Source: an uncultured delta proteobacterium (lineage in GTDB: Bacteria > Desulfobacterota > RBG-13-43-22). From it: DNA of 64,000 nucleotides. The notes beneath the pieces were generated by a model that saw only the letters and a program-made list of their open reading frames with translations, did not search any database and had not been told where the DNA came from. Each line of letters starts with the position of its first letter. Positions within the stretch are counted from its first letter, which is position 1. Of this stretch, positions 38,056 through 49,564 are shown piece after piece. The DNA is taken from positions 86,569 through 150,568 of the forward strand of contig CAVUPH010000033.1 of the NCBI GenBank assembly GCA_963743305.1. The letters run 5' to 3'. The position numbers were made by a program, and so were the translations under genes.

Positions 38056-41000
38056 TTACTTTATTCCTTGATGATATTCCTGGATGGTCCGCACGGTTAA
38101 TTTTTTTCCCTGCAGGGCTTCAATGGCCTGGGCGGCGGCTTTGGCCCCGGCCACGGTAGTATAATAGGGCAGGTTATGCATCAGCGCGGTGCGGCGGATG
38201 GAATAGGATTCCGAAACGCTGCGGGCGCCGATGGTGGTATTGATGACCAAGTGAATGTCCCCGTTTTTGATATGGTCTACCACATGGGGCCGTCCCTCCC
38301 GGACTTTGTGCACCGTCTGGTTAGGCAGACCGGCCTGCTGAAGAAAGTCGGAGGTGCCCCGGGTGGCCAGGATTTTAAAGCCCAAATTATATAGTCTTTT
38401 GGCCGTGGAACAAATTAATTTTTTATCCCGATCCCGAACGCTGATAAACACGCCGCCCCCCAGGGGTAGATTCTGTCCGGCCGCCAACTGGGATTTGGCG
38501 AAGGCCAAACCGAAGGTCTCGTCGATGCCCATCACCTCACCGGTGGATTTCATCTCCGGACCCAGGAGGGTGTCCACCCCGGGAAAGCGCAGGAAGGGAA
38601 AGACGGCCTCTTTGACCGATACGTGGGTCGGGACAATCTCCCGGGTCAGTCCCTGGGCTTCCAGGCTGCGGCCCAACATGATCCGGGTGGCGACCTTGGC
38701 CCAGGGGATGCCGGTGGCCTTGCTGACAAAGGGGATGGTGCGGGAGGCCCGGGGATTCACCTCCAGGACGTAGAGGATTTCATCCTTAAAGGCGTACTGG
38801 ATGTTCATCAGGCCGCAAACGTTTAATTCTTCGGCCAGGGCATAGGTGTTCTGCTGAATCCGGCGGATCTGTTCCGGGTTGAGGGTATAAGGGGGCAGGA
38901 CGCAGGCGCTGTCGCCGGAATGGATTCCGGCTTCTTCAATGTGCTCCATGATCCCGCAGATCAGAGTGCGCCGGCCGTCCGAAATGGCGTCCACATCGAT
39001 TTCGATGGCCTCTTCCAGAAATTTGTCGATCAGAATGGGGTGTCCGGGCGAGACCAGGACCGCCTTGGCCATAAAGGAGTCCAGGGCTTCGGGTCCATAA
39101 ACGATCTCCATGGCCCGGCCGCCCAGGACATAGGAGGGGCGGACCACCACCGGGTAACCGATCCGGGCGGCCACTTCCCGGGCCTCGGCCGTGGTCAAGG
39201 CCGTTCCGTTTTCCGGCTGGATCAAGTTTAACTTTTGCAACAGGGCCTTGAACCGTTCCCGGTCTTCGGCCCGATCGATGCTGTCCGGCGAAGTCCCGAT
39301 GATCGGGGCCCCGATTTTTTCCAGCCCTACGGCCAGATTCAGGGGGGTCTGGCCGCCGAACTGCACGATCAGCCCTTTCGGTTTTTCCCGGTCCAGGATG
39401 TGGCGGACATCCTCCAGGGTCAGCGGTTCAAAATAAAGCTTGTCCGAGATGTCGTAATCGGTGCTGACCGTCTCGGGATTGCTGTTGACCATGATGCTGG
39501 TCAGCCCTTCCTCCCGGGTGGTCAGCGAGGCGTGGACGCAGCAATAGTCGAATTCGATCCCCTGGCCGATCCGGTTGGGGCCGCCTCCCAGGATGACAAT
39601 ACTCTCCGCGGGGGAGGGACGGACTTCGTCTTCCTGCTCATAGGTGGAATAATAGTAAGGCGTATAGGCTTCAAATTCGGCGGCGCAGGTGTCCACCAGC
39701 TTGTAAACCGGAAGAATCCCGGCGGAGGTCCGGCGCCGGAAGACGTCCTCCGGGGAGGCCTGAAGCAGTCGGCTCAACTGGATGTCCGAGAAGCCGTATT
39801 CCTTGGCCTGGCGAAGCCGTTCAGCGGAGAGCTCCTCCAGTCGGTGCCCGGCCAGGGATTTCTCCAAATCCAAAATTTGAATCAGATTTTCGATGAACCA
39901 GGGATCGATCCAGGACAGCTCATGAATCTCCCGGACCGTTAGTCCGGCCTGCAAAGCGGCCCGGAGATAAAAGAGACGCTGAGAATTCGGCTGGCGAAGT
40001 TTTTTCTGGATTTCTTCCAGAGGCACGTTCTCGAGGTCTTTGCCGTCGGCCCCGAATCCGTACCGGCCGATCTCCAGGGAGCGGATGCCTTTCTGCAGGG
40101 CCTCCTTGAAGGTCCGGCCGATGGCCATGGCCTCACCCACGGATTTCATGGAAGTAGTCAGCAAGTCCTCCGTACCCGGGAACTTTTCGAAGGTCCAGCG
40201 GGGAATCTTGACCACGCAATAATCGATGGTGGGCTCAAAGGAGGCCATGGTCTCCCGGGTGATGTCGTTGGGGATCTCGTCCAGCGAATAGCCCACGGCC
40301 AGTTTGGCCGCGATTTTGGCGATGGGGAAGCCCGTGGCCTTGGAGGCCAGGGCCGAGGAACGGGAAACCCGGGGATTCATTTCAATGACCACCATCTCTC
40401 CGGTCCGGGGGTGGACGGCGAACTGGATGTTGGAGCCCCCGGTTTCCACCCCGATCTCCCGGATAATGGCCAGGGAGGCATCGCGCATGGCCTGGTACTC
40501 CCGATCGGTCAGGGTCTGGGCCGGGGCCACGGTGATGGAATCGCCGGTATGAACCCCCATGGGATCGAAGTTCTCAATGGAACAGATAATGACCACGTTG
40601 TCCTTATAGTCCCGCATGACTTCCAGTTCGTATTCCTTCCAGCCCAGGGCCGATTCTTCCAGCATGACCTGGTGGATCATACTGGCATCCAGGCCGGAGG
40701 TGACCAGGATCTCCATTTCTTCCCGGTTATAGGCTACGCCGCCCCCGGTCCCGCCCAGGGTGAAACTGGGCCGGATAATGACCGGATAGCCGAGTTTTTC
40801 GGTCAGCGTCCGGGCCTCTTCCAGGGTGGTGGCAATGCCGCTTTCCGGGACCCGGAGGCCGATTTTCCACATGGCCCGACGAAATTCATCCCGGTCCTCG
40901 GCCTTCTTGATCACCGGCAGCGAAGCCCCGATCAATTCCACCTGGTAGCGCTCCAGGGCGCCGCTCTCGGCCACGGCCACGGCGGTATTGAGGCCGGTCT

Positions 41001-41277
41001 GGCCGCCCAGGGTGGGCAGCAGGGCCTGGGGCCTTTCCCGCTCAATGATCCGGATGACCATCTCCGGGGTAATGGGCTCGATATAGGTGCGCTGGGCCAT
41101 TTCCGGATCGGTCATGATGGTGGCCGGGTTGCTGTTGATCAGTACGACCTCGTAGCCTTCTTCCCGCAAGGCCTTGCAGGCCTGGGTCCCGGAATAGTCG
41201 AATTCGCAGGCCTGGCTGATGATGATCGGTCCGGAGCCGATAAGCAAAATTTTCTTTATATCCTGACGTTTGGGCAT
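38056..41277 (-). CDS. carB: Carbamoyl-phosphate synthase large subunit
   Basis: MPKR...GSGPI, duplicated ATP-grasp domains, [11 protein letters not shown] domain. Confidence 0.98.
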   Translation of the reverse strand: MPKRQDIKKILLIGSGPIIISQACEFDYSGTQACKALREEGYEVVLINSNPATIMTDPEMAQRTYIEPITPEMVIRIIERERPQALLPTLGGQTGLNTAVAVAESGALERYQVELIGASLPVIKKAEDRDEFRRAMWKIGLRVPESGIATTLEEARTLTEKLGYPVIIRPSFTLGGTGGGVAYNREEMEILVTSGLDASMIHQVMLEESALGWKEYELEVMRDYKDNVVIICSIENFDPMGVHTGDSITVAPAQTLTDREYQAMRDASLAIIREIGVETGGSNIQFAVHPRTGEMVVIEMNPRVSRSSALASKATGFPIAKIAAKLAVGYSLDEIPNDITRETMASFEPTIDYCVVKIPRWTFEKFPGTEDLLTTSMKSVGEAMAIGRTFKEALQKGIRSLEIGRYGFGADGKDLENVPLEEIQKKLRQPNSQRLFYLRAALQAGLTVREIHELSWIDPWFIENLIQILDLEKSLAGHRLEELSAERLRQAKEYGFSDIQLSRLLQASPEDVFRRRTSAGILPVYKLVDTCAAEFEAYTPYYYSTYEQEDEVRPSPAESIVILGGGPNRIGQGIEFDYCCVHASLTTREEGLTSIMVNSNPETVSTDYDISDKLYFEPLTLEDVRHILDREKPKGLIVQFGGQTPLNLAVGLEKIGAPIIGTSPDSIDRAEDRERFKALLQKLNLIQPENGTALTTAEAREVAARIGYPVVVRPSYVLGGRAMEIVYGPEALDSFMAKAVLVSPGHPILIDKFLEEAIEIDVDAISDGRRTLICGIMEHIEEAGIHSGDSACVLPPYTLNPEQIRRIQQNTYALAEELNVCGLMNIQYAFKDEILYVLEVNPRASRTIPFVSKATGIPWAKVATRIMLGRSLEAQGLTREIVPTHVSVKEAVFPFLRFPGVDTLLGPEMKSTGEVMGIDETFGLAFAKSQLAAGQNLPLGGGVFISVRDRDKKLICSTAKRLYNLGFKILATRGTSDFLQQAGLPNQTVHKVREGRPHVVDHIKNGDIHLVINTTIGARSVSESYSIRRTALMHNLPYYTTVAGAKAAAQAIEALQGKKLTVRTIQEYHQGIK

Positions 41278-41295
41278 AATTTTTTTTGTGTTATC

Positions 41296-42432
41296 CTACC
41301 TTTTTGGGTTCTCCATAAGGTTCAGAAAATGATCGAACAGATAGGAGGCGTCATGGGGGCCGGGGGAAGCCTCGGGATGGTACTGAACCGAAAAGAGGGG
41401 CAACTCCCGGTGCCGCAGTCCTTCCAAAGTCCGGTCATTCAAGTTGATGTGGGTCAGCTCCACCTCCTGGTTTTTCAAAGACTCCAATTCCACCGAAAAG
41501 CCGTGATTCTGAGAGGTGATCTCCACCCGGCCGGTGGGCAGGTGAAGTACCGGCTGGTTGGCGCCCCGATGGCCGAATTTCAGCTTGAAGGTGGTACCCC
41601 CCAGGGCCAGGCCGATGATCTGATGGCCCAGACAGATACCAAAAATCGGCAGGAGGCCGATCAGCTCGCGGACAATGGCCACGATCCCGGGGTTGGCCGC
41701 CGGATCGCCCGGCCCGTTGGAGAGCAGGACCCCGTCCGGCTTCAGGGCCAGGACCTCTTCCACGGGGGTCAAGGCCGGCACCACCAGGACCTGGCAGTCC
41801 CGCTGTTCCAGATTGCGGAGGATATTGTATTTAACCCCATAATCGAAAACCACGACTTTAAAACCCGATCCGTCGGGGTTCCAGGGAGATTCCCGCTTCT
41901 CCGTCGACCAGGGGTGAACCCGGGCTTGGTGCCAGCGGTAGGGTCGTGCGGTGGTGACCGTATCCACTAAATTATTTCCCGCCATGGGGGAAATGGCCCG
42001 GGCCCGAGCGGTTAAGGTTTCAGGGTCCAGGTTTTCGGTGGAGGCCGCGCAGCGCATGGCCCCGAAATTCCGGAGGTGTCGGGTCAGCGCCCGGGTGTCA
42101 AGGCCTTCCAGGCCTAAGACGCCGCATTGATGCAAATAGTCCCCCAGGCTCCCCCGGGAGCGGTAATTGCTGGGGAAGGGCAGATACTCTTTCACCAAAA
42201 AGGCCTCGGCCTGGACGGCGGCCGATTCGACGTCTTCCGCGTTGACCCCGTAATTGCCGATCAGGGGGTAGGTCATGGCAATCAATTGGCCGCGGTAGGA
42301 GGGATCGGTCAGGATTTCCTGATAGCCGGTCATGGCCGTATTGAACACGCATTCCCCCAGGGCCTCACCGGGGCCGGTAAAGGATCGGGCTCGAAAAATC
42401 GTTCCGTCTTCCAAGGCTAAAAGGGCTTTCAT
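41296..42432 (-). CDS. carA: Carbamoyl-phosphate synthase small subunit
   Basis: FNTAMTGYQE, SNGPGDP, GICLGHQ and QYHPEASPGPHD. Confidence 0.98.
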   Translation of the reverse strand: MKALLALEDGTIFRARSFTGPGEALGECVFNTAMTGYQEILTDPSYRGQLIAMTYPLIGNYGVNAEDVESAAVQAEAFLVKEYLPFPSNYRSRGSLGDYLHQCGVLGLEGLDTRALTRHLRNFGAMRCAASTENLDPETLTARARAISPMAGNNLVDTVTTARPYRWHQARVHPWSTEKRESPWNPDGSGFKVVVFDYGVKYNILRNLEQRDCQVLVVPALTPVEEVLALKPDGVLLSNGPGDPAANPGIVAIVRELIGLLPIFGICLGHQIIGLALGGTTFKLKFGHRGANQPVLHLPTGRVEITSQNHGFSVELESLKNQEVELTHINLNDRTLEGLRHRELPLFSVQYHPEASPGPHDASYLFDHFLNLMENPKR

Positions 42433-42452
42433 TTCAAATTGATACCTCGCAC

Positions 42453-43764
42453 TCAGCTCTTTCCCACGAAGTTCACAATGGCCTCAGCCACTTTTTGAGT
42501 CACCCCCTGCCGGGAGCGCAGGGCCTGTTGGCCTGCCTGGCCCCTGCGGGCGGATTCCTCGGGCTGGTCTATTAAAAAATTGATCCAGCGGACCAGCGCT
42601 TCCAGATCGGGAACGGTGGTCCCGGCGCCGACCCCTTCCAACAACCGACGGGCGTCTTCAAAGTCGTCCATAAAAGGCCCGAAAAGGACCGGTTTACCCC
42701 AGGCCGCCGCCTCCAGGATGTTCTGTCCGCCTTTGGGGACCAGACTGCCTCCGCAAAAAACGAAGCTAGCCAGGCTGTAGAGGTCAAAGAGGACCCCCAT
42801 CCGGTCCACCAGGATAAGGTCGGCGCTACGGGGCGCCCCCGGGCGACTGAACTGGCTGTAAAGCTGATAGACCAGCCCCCGGTGGTTAAGTGTATTCTTC
42901 CAACCCGCGAATATTTTCCAGATGACGGGGGACCAGGATCAGGATCAAATCGCCATGCCGGCTCTTTAAACGTTCAAAGGCCGTGAGCAGAATGTCTTCT
43001 TCACCGCTGCGGACACTGCCGGCTACCCAGACCGGAACCCCTTCCCGAAGCTGGAGTTGTTTTCTTAAGCGGATCTCGATTTCTGGATGCGCATTTTCCG
43101 GGAGTCCGTCGAACTTCATATTTCCAAAAACCCGGACCTTTTCGGCAGGGGCCCCTAAGGATATGATCGCCTGGGCATCTTTTTCCTGTATCATAATCAA
43201 TTGGGAGAAATTTTCAAGCAAAGGTTTAAAAAGTCCCTGGATTTTCAGGTATCTTTTTAAGGAACGTTTGGAAATTCGGCCATTTACCAGAAACAGCGGA
43301 ACACCCGAAATCCGGGCCCGATTCAGGAAATTAGGCCAAAGTTCGGTTTCCAGGGCCACAAACAGGCGAGGTCGGAAAAAAGCGAAAGCCCTTTTAACCG
43401 CTCCATAAAAATCCAAAGGATAATAGATCAGGCCGAATTCGTCCGGCAAAAGGCGCTCCGCCAGGGCACGCCCGGTGGGGGTGGTGGTGGAAAGCAGTAA
43501 GGGCACTTGGGGAAGCTGCTTCCTGACCAATAGGGCCAAGGATACCGCCAGTTTGACTTCCCCCATCGAGACGGCATGAAACCAGATGGGTCTTCCCGGT
43601 CGGGCTTCAAAAAAGGATTTAATCTCCCGGGGATAAAAACCGAGCCGTTCGCCGAGCCGCTCGGCAGAGGAGCCTTTCCCCAGGCGATAGAGGAGAAGAA
43701 AGGGGATGCCGGCGGCAAAGGCCAGGGAGGTCAGGACCCGGTAGACACCTAGAGGCCAGGACAT
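42453..43764 (-). CDS. waaA: Kdo transferase WaaA, +1 frameshift near 42890 (likely sequencing error)
   Basis: WFHAVSMGE, ETELWPN, GNMKFD and PRH; continues in another frame to DRMG...GGSL...GGQNILE. Confidence 0.9.
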
Positions 43765-43765
43765 C

Positions 43766-45316
43766 TCATCGCTTTCGCTGGACCGAGGGGAACAGGGCGG
43801 GGTCCGTATGGGGGATAAAGCGGGCGGCGCTGAAACGGTTCATAAAATCCTGGTTAACGTTCATTTCCAGGTAGGTGATGGTCCGGGCAATGGTCTTCAT
43901 CTCTTCCAGGCGGCGGCGGTCCAGGAGCAATTCGGCCGCCCCTTTCAGCGAGGCATTGCCCAGGGGAACAAAACGTTCCCGGGGCAGGTCCGGCAGGAGT
44001 CCGATGGTGATGGCTCGTTCCGGATCAATATGGTTGCCAAAGGCCCCGGCTATAAAAAACCGTTCGACCTCGGGCAGGCTGAAACCCACCGACTGCACCA
44101 AAGTGGTCAGGATGGTATACATGGCGGCCTTGGACCTTAAAAGGATATCCAGATCCACCTGGGAAAAAACCAGGGGCCGTCCGTTCAGGGTTTCTCCGGC
44201 CGTGGCCAGCAGGAAGGCCGGCCGGTCCTCCACCGAGCTCCAGCGGGTGGAGGGGATTTTTAGATTGAACTTTCCCTGGATATCGATCAAATCCGCTAAA
44301 AACATCTCCGCCACCAAGTCAATCAATCCCGAACCGCAGATTCCGGCCGGAGGTCCGTCACCGATCAGTTTAAAGGTCAACTGCTTGGTTTGGGGATCGA
44401 TGCGGACCTGCTCGATGGCCCCGTTTCCGGCGGCCATCCCCATGCGGGCCACCCCGCCTTCCAGGGCCGGCCCGGCCGCCCCCGCGCAGCCCACCAGCCA
44501 CTGGGAGTTTCCCAAAACGACCTCGGCATTGGTCCCCACGTCTACCAGCAGGGACAGGGCTTCCTGATCCCGAAGCCTCGAGAAACCGATACCGGAAATA
44601 AGGTCCCCGCCCAGGTAACTGCCCACGTTAGGGAAAATCACCACCGTTCCCAGGGGATGCAGGTTCAAACCCAGTTCCCGGGCAGAAAGCGGGTCCAGGC
44701 TGTTGATCAGCGGGATGTAGGGCTCCCGGCGGATGGTGGCAGGGTCCAACCCCAGAAACAGATGGACCATGGTGGTATTGCCGGCTAAAGTCAGGGCATA
44801 AATATCGCGGGAAGACAGGGAATACTCCCCGGACAGGAAAGCCAGGGCCTGGTTGATTTCCTCGACCACGCAGTCCCGGAGTTTCCTTGATCCTTCCGGG
44901 GTTTCCGCCACCTGAATCCGGGTCAGGATATCCGCTCCAAAGCGGACCTGCGGGTTCTGTCGGTCGATTTCTCCCATCAGCCTACCCTGCTGAAGGTCCC
45001 AAAGCTGACAAGCTATTCGGGTAGTGCCCAGATCCACCGCCAGTCCGAATAGTTTAGCCCCCGTATCCCCCGGTTCCACCTCGATCAACTGAGGCGCTAC
45101 CGCCGCCAGGGAGACGGTGGCGGTAACCCGGTAATTGGCCTTTCTCAGGATGGAAACCCAGCGGGGGATTTCGGCAAAAGGAATGGTCAAATGCTCCAAC
45201 CCGCCGGTGGTTTTTAATTGCCTTTTTAGACGGTCGATCTCGGCCGTATTATCGCGAAGGCTGGGGGGAGGAAGATGGAGATGGAACTTTTTAACTAGGG
45301 GGGTGGGTTCGATCAT
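43766..45316 (-). CDS. ASKHA-domain ATPase, RACo/DUF4445 corrinoid-activator family, lacking an N-terminal 2Fe-2S domain
   Basis: DLGTT, GADILTRI, AGNTTM, DVGTNAE, AAGPALEG, GICGSG and AGAFG motifs. Confidence 0.88.
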   Translation of the reverse strand: MIEPTPLVKKFHLHLPPPSLRDNTAEIDRLKRQLKTTGGLEHLTIPFAEIPRWVSILRKANYRVTATVSLAAVAPQLIEVEPGDTGAKLFGLAVDLGTTRIACQLWDLQQGRLMGEIDRQNPQVRFGADILTRIQVAETPEGSRKLRDCVVEEINQALAFLSGEYSLSSRDIYALTLAGNTTMVHLFLGLDPATIRREPYIPLINSLDPLSARELGLNLHPLGTVVIFPNVGSYLGGDLISGIGFSRLRDQEALSLLVDVGTNAEVVLGNSQWLVGCAGAAGPALEGGVARMGMAAGNGAIEQVRIDPQTKQLTFKLIGDGPPAGICGSGLIDLVAEMFLADLIDIQGKFNLKIPSTRWSSVEDRPAFLLATAGETLNGRPLVFSQVDLDILLRSKAAMYTILTTLVQSVGFSLPEVERFFIAGAFGNHIDPERAITIGLLPDLPRERFVPLGNASLKGAAELLLDRRRLEEMKTIARTITYLEMNVNQDFMNRFSAARFIPHTDPALFPSVQRKR

Positions 45317-45327
45317 AGGTCATCCTG

Positions 45328-46269
45328 TCAACCGACAATCCAGACCGCCTTCTGCCCGGCTAACTGAATAACCTTGGTGGAGACGCTGCCCATGAAAAAT
45401 TCCTGGGCCTTGGAAATTCCGCGGCGACCCAAAACGATGGTCCCACAGCCTTCTTTCTCCGCCTCGGAGAGGATAGCCTTGGAGATGTCGGAGCAACGCC
45501 AGCAAATCTTTTTTTTGATTCCCTTGGACGGGAGCCCGGCTTCTAAGAGAAGCTTCCCGGCCCGCTCCAAAAAAGATTCCATTTGGTTGCGATGCTTTGC
45601 CTGGGCCGAGCTCTTCAAGGAGGAGAGGTTGGGGATCACCCGGGGCCCCGCCAGCGTTACCAGGCCGGGCCAAATATTCAGCAAAAGCACCTGGAATTGA
45701 TCGCTTGGGCAGGATTCCAGGATGAAAGAGACATGGTCCACGGCCCGGAGGGCATTCTCCGAACCGTCCAGGGCCACCAGGATTTTACGGGCCTCCACCT
45801 TTCCGCCGATCAGCCAGACCGGGATATCCCCGGCGCCCTGGAGTACCTTGCTGGAGACACTCCCCAGAAAAAATTCCTCGACCTTGCTCAGCCCCCTTCG
45901 GCCCACGACTACCGCATCGTAAAGGCCGTTGTGGGCCTCGAAGAGAATGTCCCGGGCCAGTCCCACCCGCTTTTCCTGAGCCTTGATCTGGACCCGCGGC
46001 TCCTCCCAACCCCAACGGAGTAATTTATCTTTCGATTTTTTTAAAATCTGCTCTATGGCCGCCAAATGTTTTTCTTTCCATTGGAGCAAGTACTTCTGGG
46101 CGATAGGGTCTTTATAGAGAGCCTCCTTATATACAGGCGGCACCGGGGGGAGGACGTGAAACAGCACCAATTGGAGATGGGGGCATTGGCGACCCAGTGA
46201 ATGGACATAATCCAGGGCCGCTAAGGAATTTCTGGATCCGTCGATGGCGACCAGAATTTTCTTGTTCAT
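45328..46269 (-). CDS. Tandem universal stress protein
   Basis: Two copies of KILVA(I/L)DGS...GRRG.S...GSVS; start at ATG 46269. Confidence 0.9.
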   Translation of the reverse strand: MNKKILVAIDGSRNSLAALDYVHSLGRQCPHLQLVLFHVLPPVPPVYKEALYKDPIAQKYLLQWKEKHLAAIEQILKKSKDKLLRWGWEEPRVQIKAQEKRVGLARDILFEAHNGLYDAVVVGRRGLSKVEEFFLGSVSSKVLQGAGDIPVWLIGGKVEARKILVALDGSENALRAVDHVSFILESCPSDQFQVLLLNIWPGLVTLAGPRVIPNLSSLKSSAQAKHRNQMESFLERAGKLLLEAGLPSKGIKKKICWRCSDISKAILSEAEKEGCGTIVLGRRGISKAQEFFMGSVSTKVIQLAGQKAVWIVG

Positions 46270-46471
46270 CAGGGACACCTTTCTCGTTGGCGATTGAAAC
46301 AGCAAAGGGCGCCCCTTCATCCCGTTTCCAACGGGAGGGTCGGGGGCGGCGCTTGGGAGGCTGAGGCCCAAAATGTAGCCAATTAAGAAAAAGATGGCAA
46401 TATAAAAAAACGCACTGCCAGGGCGCGGTTTCCTAAGGCTTAACTGGGGAAGGGCGTTCTCTTGTTATTTT

Positions 46472-46927
46472 TCAGACATACCTGGGGCGGGTTTTGGTTT
46501 TTTCATAGTATCGCTCCAGGCCCGTTTCCTTGATTTTTTCATTGATCAATACCCATATTTTATTCAGACGTTCGTCGAAGTTGGTTTTGTTGCAAGGGAA
46601 CTCGTCACACTGGTAGCAGAAATCAATCTGTTTCTCCTGGTGGCAGGGACGGACCCCGCAGTTTTTAAACAGTTTGCATTGCTCGTTCCGGCAGCCGTGG
46701 CAGTTTTCTGAAGCCAGGTAATCCAGCATTTCCTTGAAATTAGAGTATTTTTCAAAAATGGGAATACCCAGCAGGGTTTCAAACCGTTGGGCGTAAGGTT
46801 CGAAATTCCCCAGTTTTTCTTTAAGCTTCAAACTGTACCGGCGGATATCTCCATCCACATGAGCGAAACAGGTTTCGCAGCACAGGCCGCAGGGGGAAAC
46901 GGACGCCTTGATTTGTGCATAATCCAT
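46472..46927 (-). CDS. DUF3795-type Cys-rich protein
   Basis: PCGLCCETC...CHGCR...C...CYQCDEFPC. Confidence 0.8.
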   Translation of the reverse strand: MDYAQIKASVSPCGLCCETCFAHVDGDIRRYSLKLKEKLGNFEPYAQRFETLLGIPIFEKYSNFKEMLDYLASENCHGCRNEQCKLFKNCGVRPCHQEKQIDFCYQCDEFPCNKTNFDERLNKIWVLINEKIKETGLERYYEKTKTRPRYV

Positions 46928-47143
46928 AATCCGGTCTCCTTTCGATATTTAGATTTTTATGTCCATTGTTTTGAGAATTTGTTTCTAACAATGGACATAA
47001 AAATCTAAATAAAAAGGGCTACCTTCAAATACTTTTGTCTAGACTTATGGTTTATTATAATAGTTGCCTTTCGGAGAAAAAAGTGGCATAAACGGCAATA
47101 TAATAGGTGATATCGGCATTTTTCGCAAAAATTAAAAAAACCG

Positions 47144-47203
47144 GTCATTGCGACCCCGGACTTGATCCGGGGAATTGCTTCGTCGCTTCACTCTTCGCAA
47201 TAA
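47144..47203. repeat. Degenerate palindromic intergenic repeat (RPE-like)
   Basis: gtcattgcga...ttgcttcgtcgcttcactcttcgcaataac; termini are inverted. Confidence 0.55.
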
Positions 47204-47245
47204 CAGCCTGAGGGACTTTTTGCGAGTCCATCAAAGGGTGAAACC

Positions 47246-48244
47246 ATGAAAAAAGTAACCATTCTTGGATTGTATAACTCCATGGCCACCACTATCTTCG
47301 GTCCCATGGATATCTTCAACCAGGCGGGAAGGCTCTGGCCGCGGGTGAACAAATCCCCTCAAACGCCATTTTTTGACGTCGCCATTGCCTCAGTAGACGG
47401 AAAACCCATTCAATGCCTGAACAAAGTCCAAATTCAGCCTCATGACGGCATCGAGGCCATTGAGCAAACGGATCTACTGATTATCGCCTCGGCCACGTAT
47501 ATCGATGAGATTCTTCAGAAGAGCCCCGGGCTGGTTCCCTGGATCCGCCGGCAATACGACCAGGGCGCCCAGGTGGCCAGCATCTGCACCGGAGTGTTTT
47601 TGTTGGCCGAAACCGGTTTGTTGGATGGAAAAGCGGCTACCCTGCACTGGGGGTTCACCGAGACGTTCCGCCGGAGATATCCCCGGGTCCCTTTGGAGAC
47701 GGACCGGATGTTCATCGACCACGGCCGCCTCTATTGTTCGGCGGGCGTGAATGCCGGGATGGACTTATCCCTTTACCTGGTGGAAAAGCTCTGCGGCCGG
47801 GAAACCGCCGTCCAGTCGGCCAAGACCATGATCCTGGATTTGGGGAGGGAAACGCAGGCCCCTTACCGCAGTCATCTATTCCCCGCAGACCATGGCGATC
47901 CTCTGGTCACCAAGGCCCAGAAGTGGATCGAAGCGCATTACCGGGAGTCCATTGATTATGACAAGCTGGCCGGGAAATTCCGGATGAGCCGCCGTTCATT
48001 GGAACGGCGGTTCAAACAGGCCACGGGGGTAACGCCGTTGGGTTATCTGCAGCAATTACGGGTGGAAAACGCCAAACGCCTTTTGGAGGACGGCAGCCGG
48101 AGCTTTAATGAAATCACCTACCAGGTCGGGTATGAGGATATTCCTTTTTTCAGAAAGGTATTTATCAAGCTGACCGGCCTGCGGCCAAGAGAATACCAGC
48201 AGCGGTTTGCCGGGTACTCGGCCAAACCGGTTCTCCAGAACTGA
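47246..48244 (+). CDS. GlxA-family transcriptional regulator (DJ-1/PfpI plus AraC HTH)
   Basis: SICTGVFLLAETGLLDG, TLHW, MSRRSLERRFK and VGYED. Confidence 0.92.
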   Translation: MKKVTILGLYNSMATTIFGPMDIFNQAGRLWPRVNKSPQTPFFDVAIASVDGKPIQCLNKVQIQPHDGIEAIEQTDLLIIASATYIDEILQKSPGLVPWIRRQYDQGAQVASICTGVFLLAETGLLDGKAATLHWGFTETFRRRYPRVPLETDRMFIDHGRLYCSAGVNAGMDLSLYLVEKLCGRETAVQSAKTMILDLGRETQAPYRSHLFPADHGDPLVTKAQKWIEAHYRESIDYDKLAGKFRMSRRSLERRFKQATGVTPLGYLQQLRVENAKRLLEDGSRSFNEITYQVGYEDIPFFRKVFIKLTGLRPREYQQRFAGYSAKPVLQN

Positions 48245-48348
48245 CGCTCATTTTTTCGGATCAAATCAATCAGGGACCCGACCCGATACCAGCGGCCGGG
48301 CGATTTTCAGTGATAGTCCAGGAATAATTTCAGAGGAGGAAGGTTATC

Positions 48349-49149
48349 ATGGCTTACGAAACGGTTAAACTGGTCTATTTTTCCCCCACCCAAACCACCA
48401 AAAAAGTTTTGGAGGGTATTGCCCAGGGAATGTCGGTCGGTCGGATCGAGCATCTCGATCTGACCCCGCCTGGGGCGGAGACCCAGCTATTCACTGAGCT
48501 GGCCGATGAATTGACTATCCTCGGCGCACCGGTATATGCCGGTCGCTTGCCCATTGAGGCGGTGCGGCGGTTACGACGGTTGAAGGCCAGGGAAACGCCG
48601 GCGGTCCTGGTGGTCGTCTACGGAAATCGGGAATTTGAAGACGCCCTGCTCGAATTAAAAGATTTGGCCGGCGAACAGGGATTCCGGCCCATTGCCGCCG
48701 GGGCCTTCATCGGGGAGCATTCCTACTCCACGATCGACAAGCCCATCGCCGTCGGCCGGCCTGACGCGGCCGATCTGAACCAGGCCAGGGAATTCGGGAA
48801 GCGGGTTTTGGGAAAGATCCAGACTAGTCAGGGTCTGAACCGGATGCCCGCCCTGGAGGTGCCGGGGAATTTTCCCTATAAGGAAAGGAAGGAACGGCCC
48901 CTGGAAGCGCCCACATCGCAGGAAGCTCTTTGTATTCTTTGTGGTACCTGTGCTTCGGTCTGCCCCACCGCGGCAGTTAGCGTAACGGATGCGGTTACCA
49001 CCGAGCCGGAACGATGCATTCTATGTCATGCCTGCGTAAAAAATTGTCCGACCGGTGCCCGGGTGATGGAGGTCGAAAGGATCAAAAAGGTGGCCGATTG
49101 GTTAAGGACCAATTATCCCCAACGAAAAGAGCCCGAAATGTTTTTGTAG
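48349..49149 (+). CDS. Flavodoxin-like/4Fe-4S protein (EFR1-type)
   Basis: YFSPTQTT, VYGNR, GEHS and GRPD; two CxxCxxCxxxCP motifs. Confidence 0.85.
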   Translation: MAYETVKLVYFSPTQTTKKVLEGIAQGMSVGRIEHLDLTPPGAETQLFTELADELTILGAPVYAGRLPIEAVRRLRRLKARETPAVLVVVYGNREFEDALLELKDLAGEQGFRPIAAGAFIGEHSYSTIDKPIAVGRPDAADLNQAREFGKRVLGKIQTSQGLNRMPALEVPGNFPYKERKERPLEAPTSQEALCILCGTCASVCPTAAVSVTDAVTTEPERCILCHACVKNCPTGARVMEVERIKKVADWLRTNYPQRKEPEMFL

Positions 49150-49168
49150 CCGGCTGGTTCAGAAAGCA

Positions 49169-49513
49169 CTTCGTCCGCGTCGGCCCCCGTTCAAACCCTG
49201 CTTTCAAAGCCGCGGAGGCCATCAGTAACCAGGCCCCGGCGACCAGGAGGGCCCACCCCCAGCGGATTTGAATGGATGGCCTAGCCTTATCCGCCAAACC
49301 GCGGAATGGATTGCCGGCCAATATGAGAATGAGGGGTCCCTCCCATGGGGTGTGTTGGAAGGCATTCAGGCTGCCGATCATCGGATAACTGATAATCGGA
49401 GTGAAGACCCCTATGAATAGCAGGCTTGCCCCAATGAGTCCGAGGAGCTGCTTGGGGCCTTTGGAGAGACTGATCGGGGGGGTTGTTTGAAAGCTCTGAT
49501 GGTTCTCCGGCAT
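49169..49513 (-). pseudogene. Internally deleted paralog of the 57887-58381 membrane protein
   Basis: Highly similar DNA; 147-bp in-frame deletion; stop codon lost, so the ORF runs on to 49082. Confidence 0.75.
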
Positions 49514-49564
49514 CACTTTATTCCGCTAAGACTTTTTTTGCCTGTCAGCTCTAAGATATGACGC

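Noticed and set aside
40411-41970. Long plus-strand ORFs (519 aa here; also 28187-29119, 29186-30322, 32110-33198)
   Set aside because: Antisense shadows of GC-rich conserved genes (carAB, hdrA, korA); no recognisable motifs.
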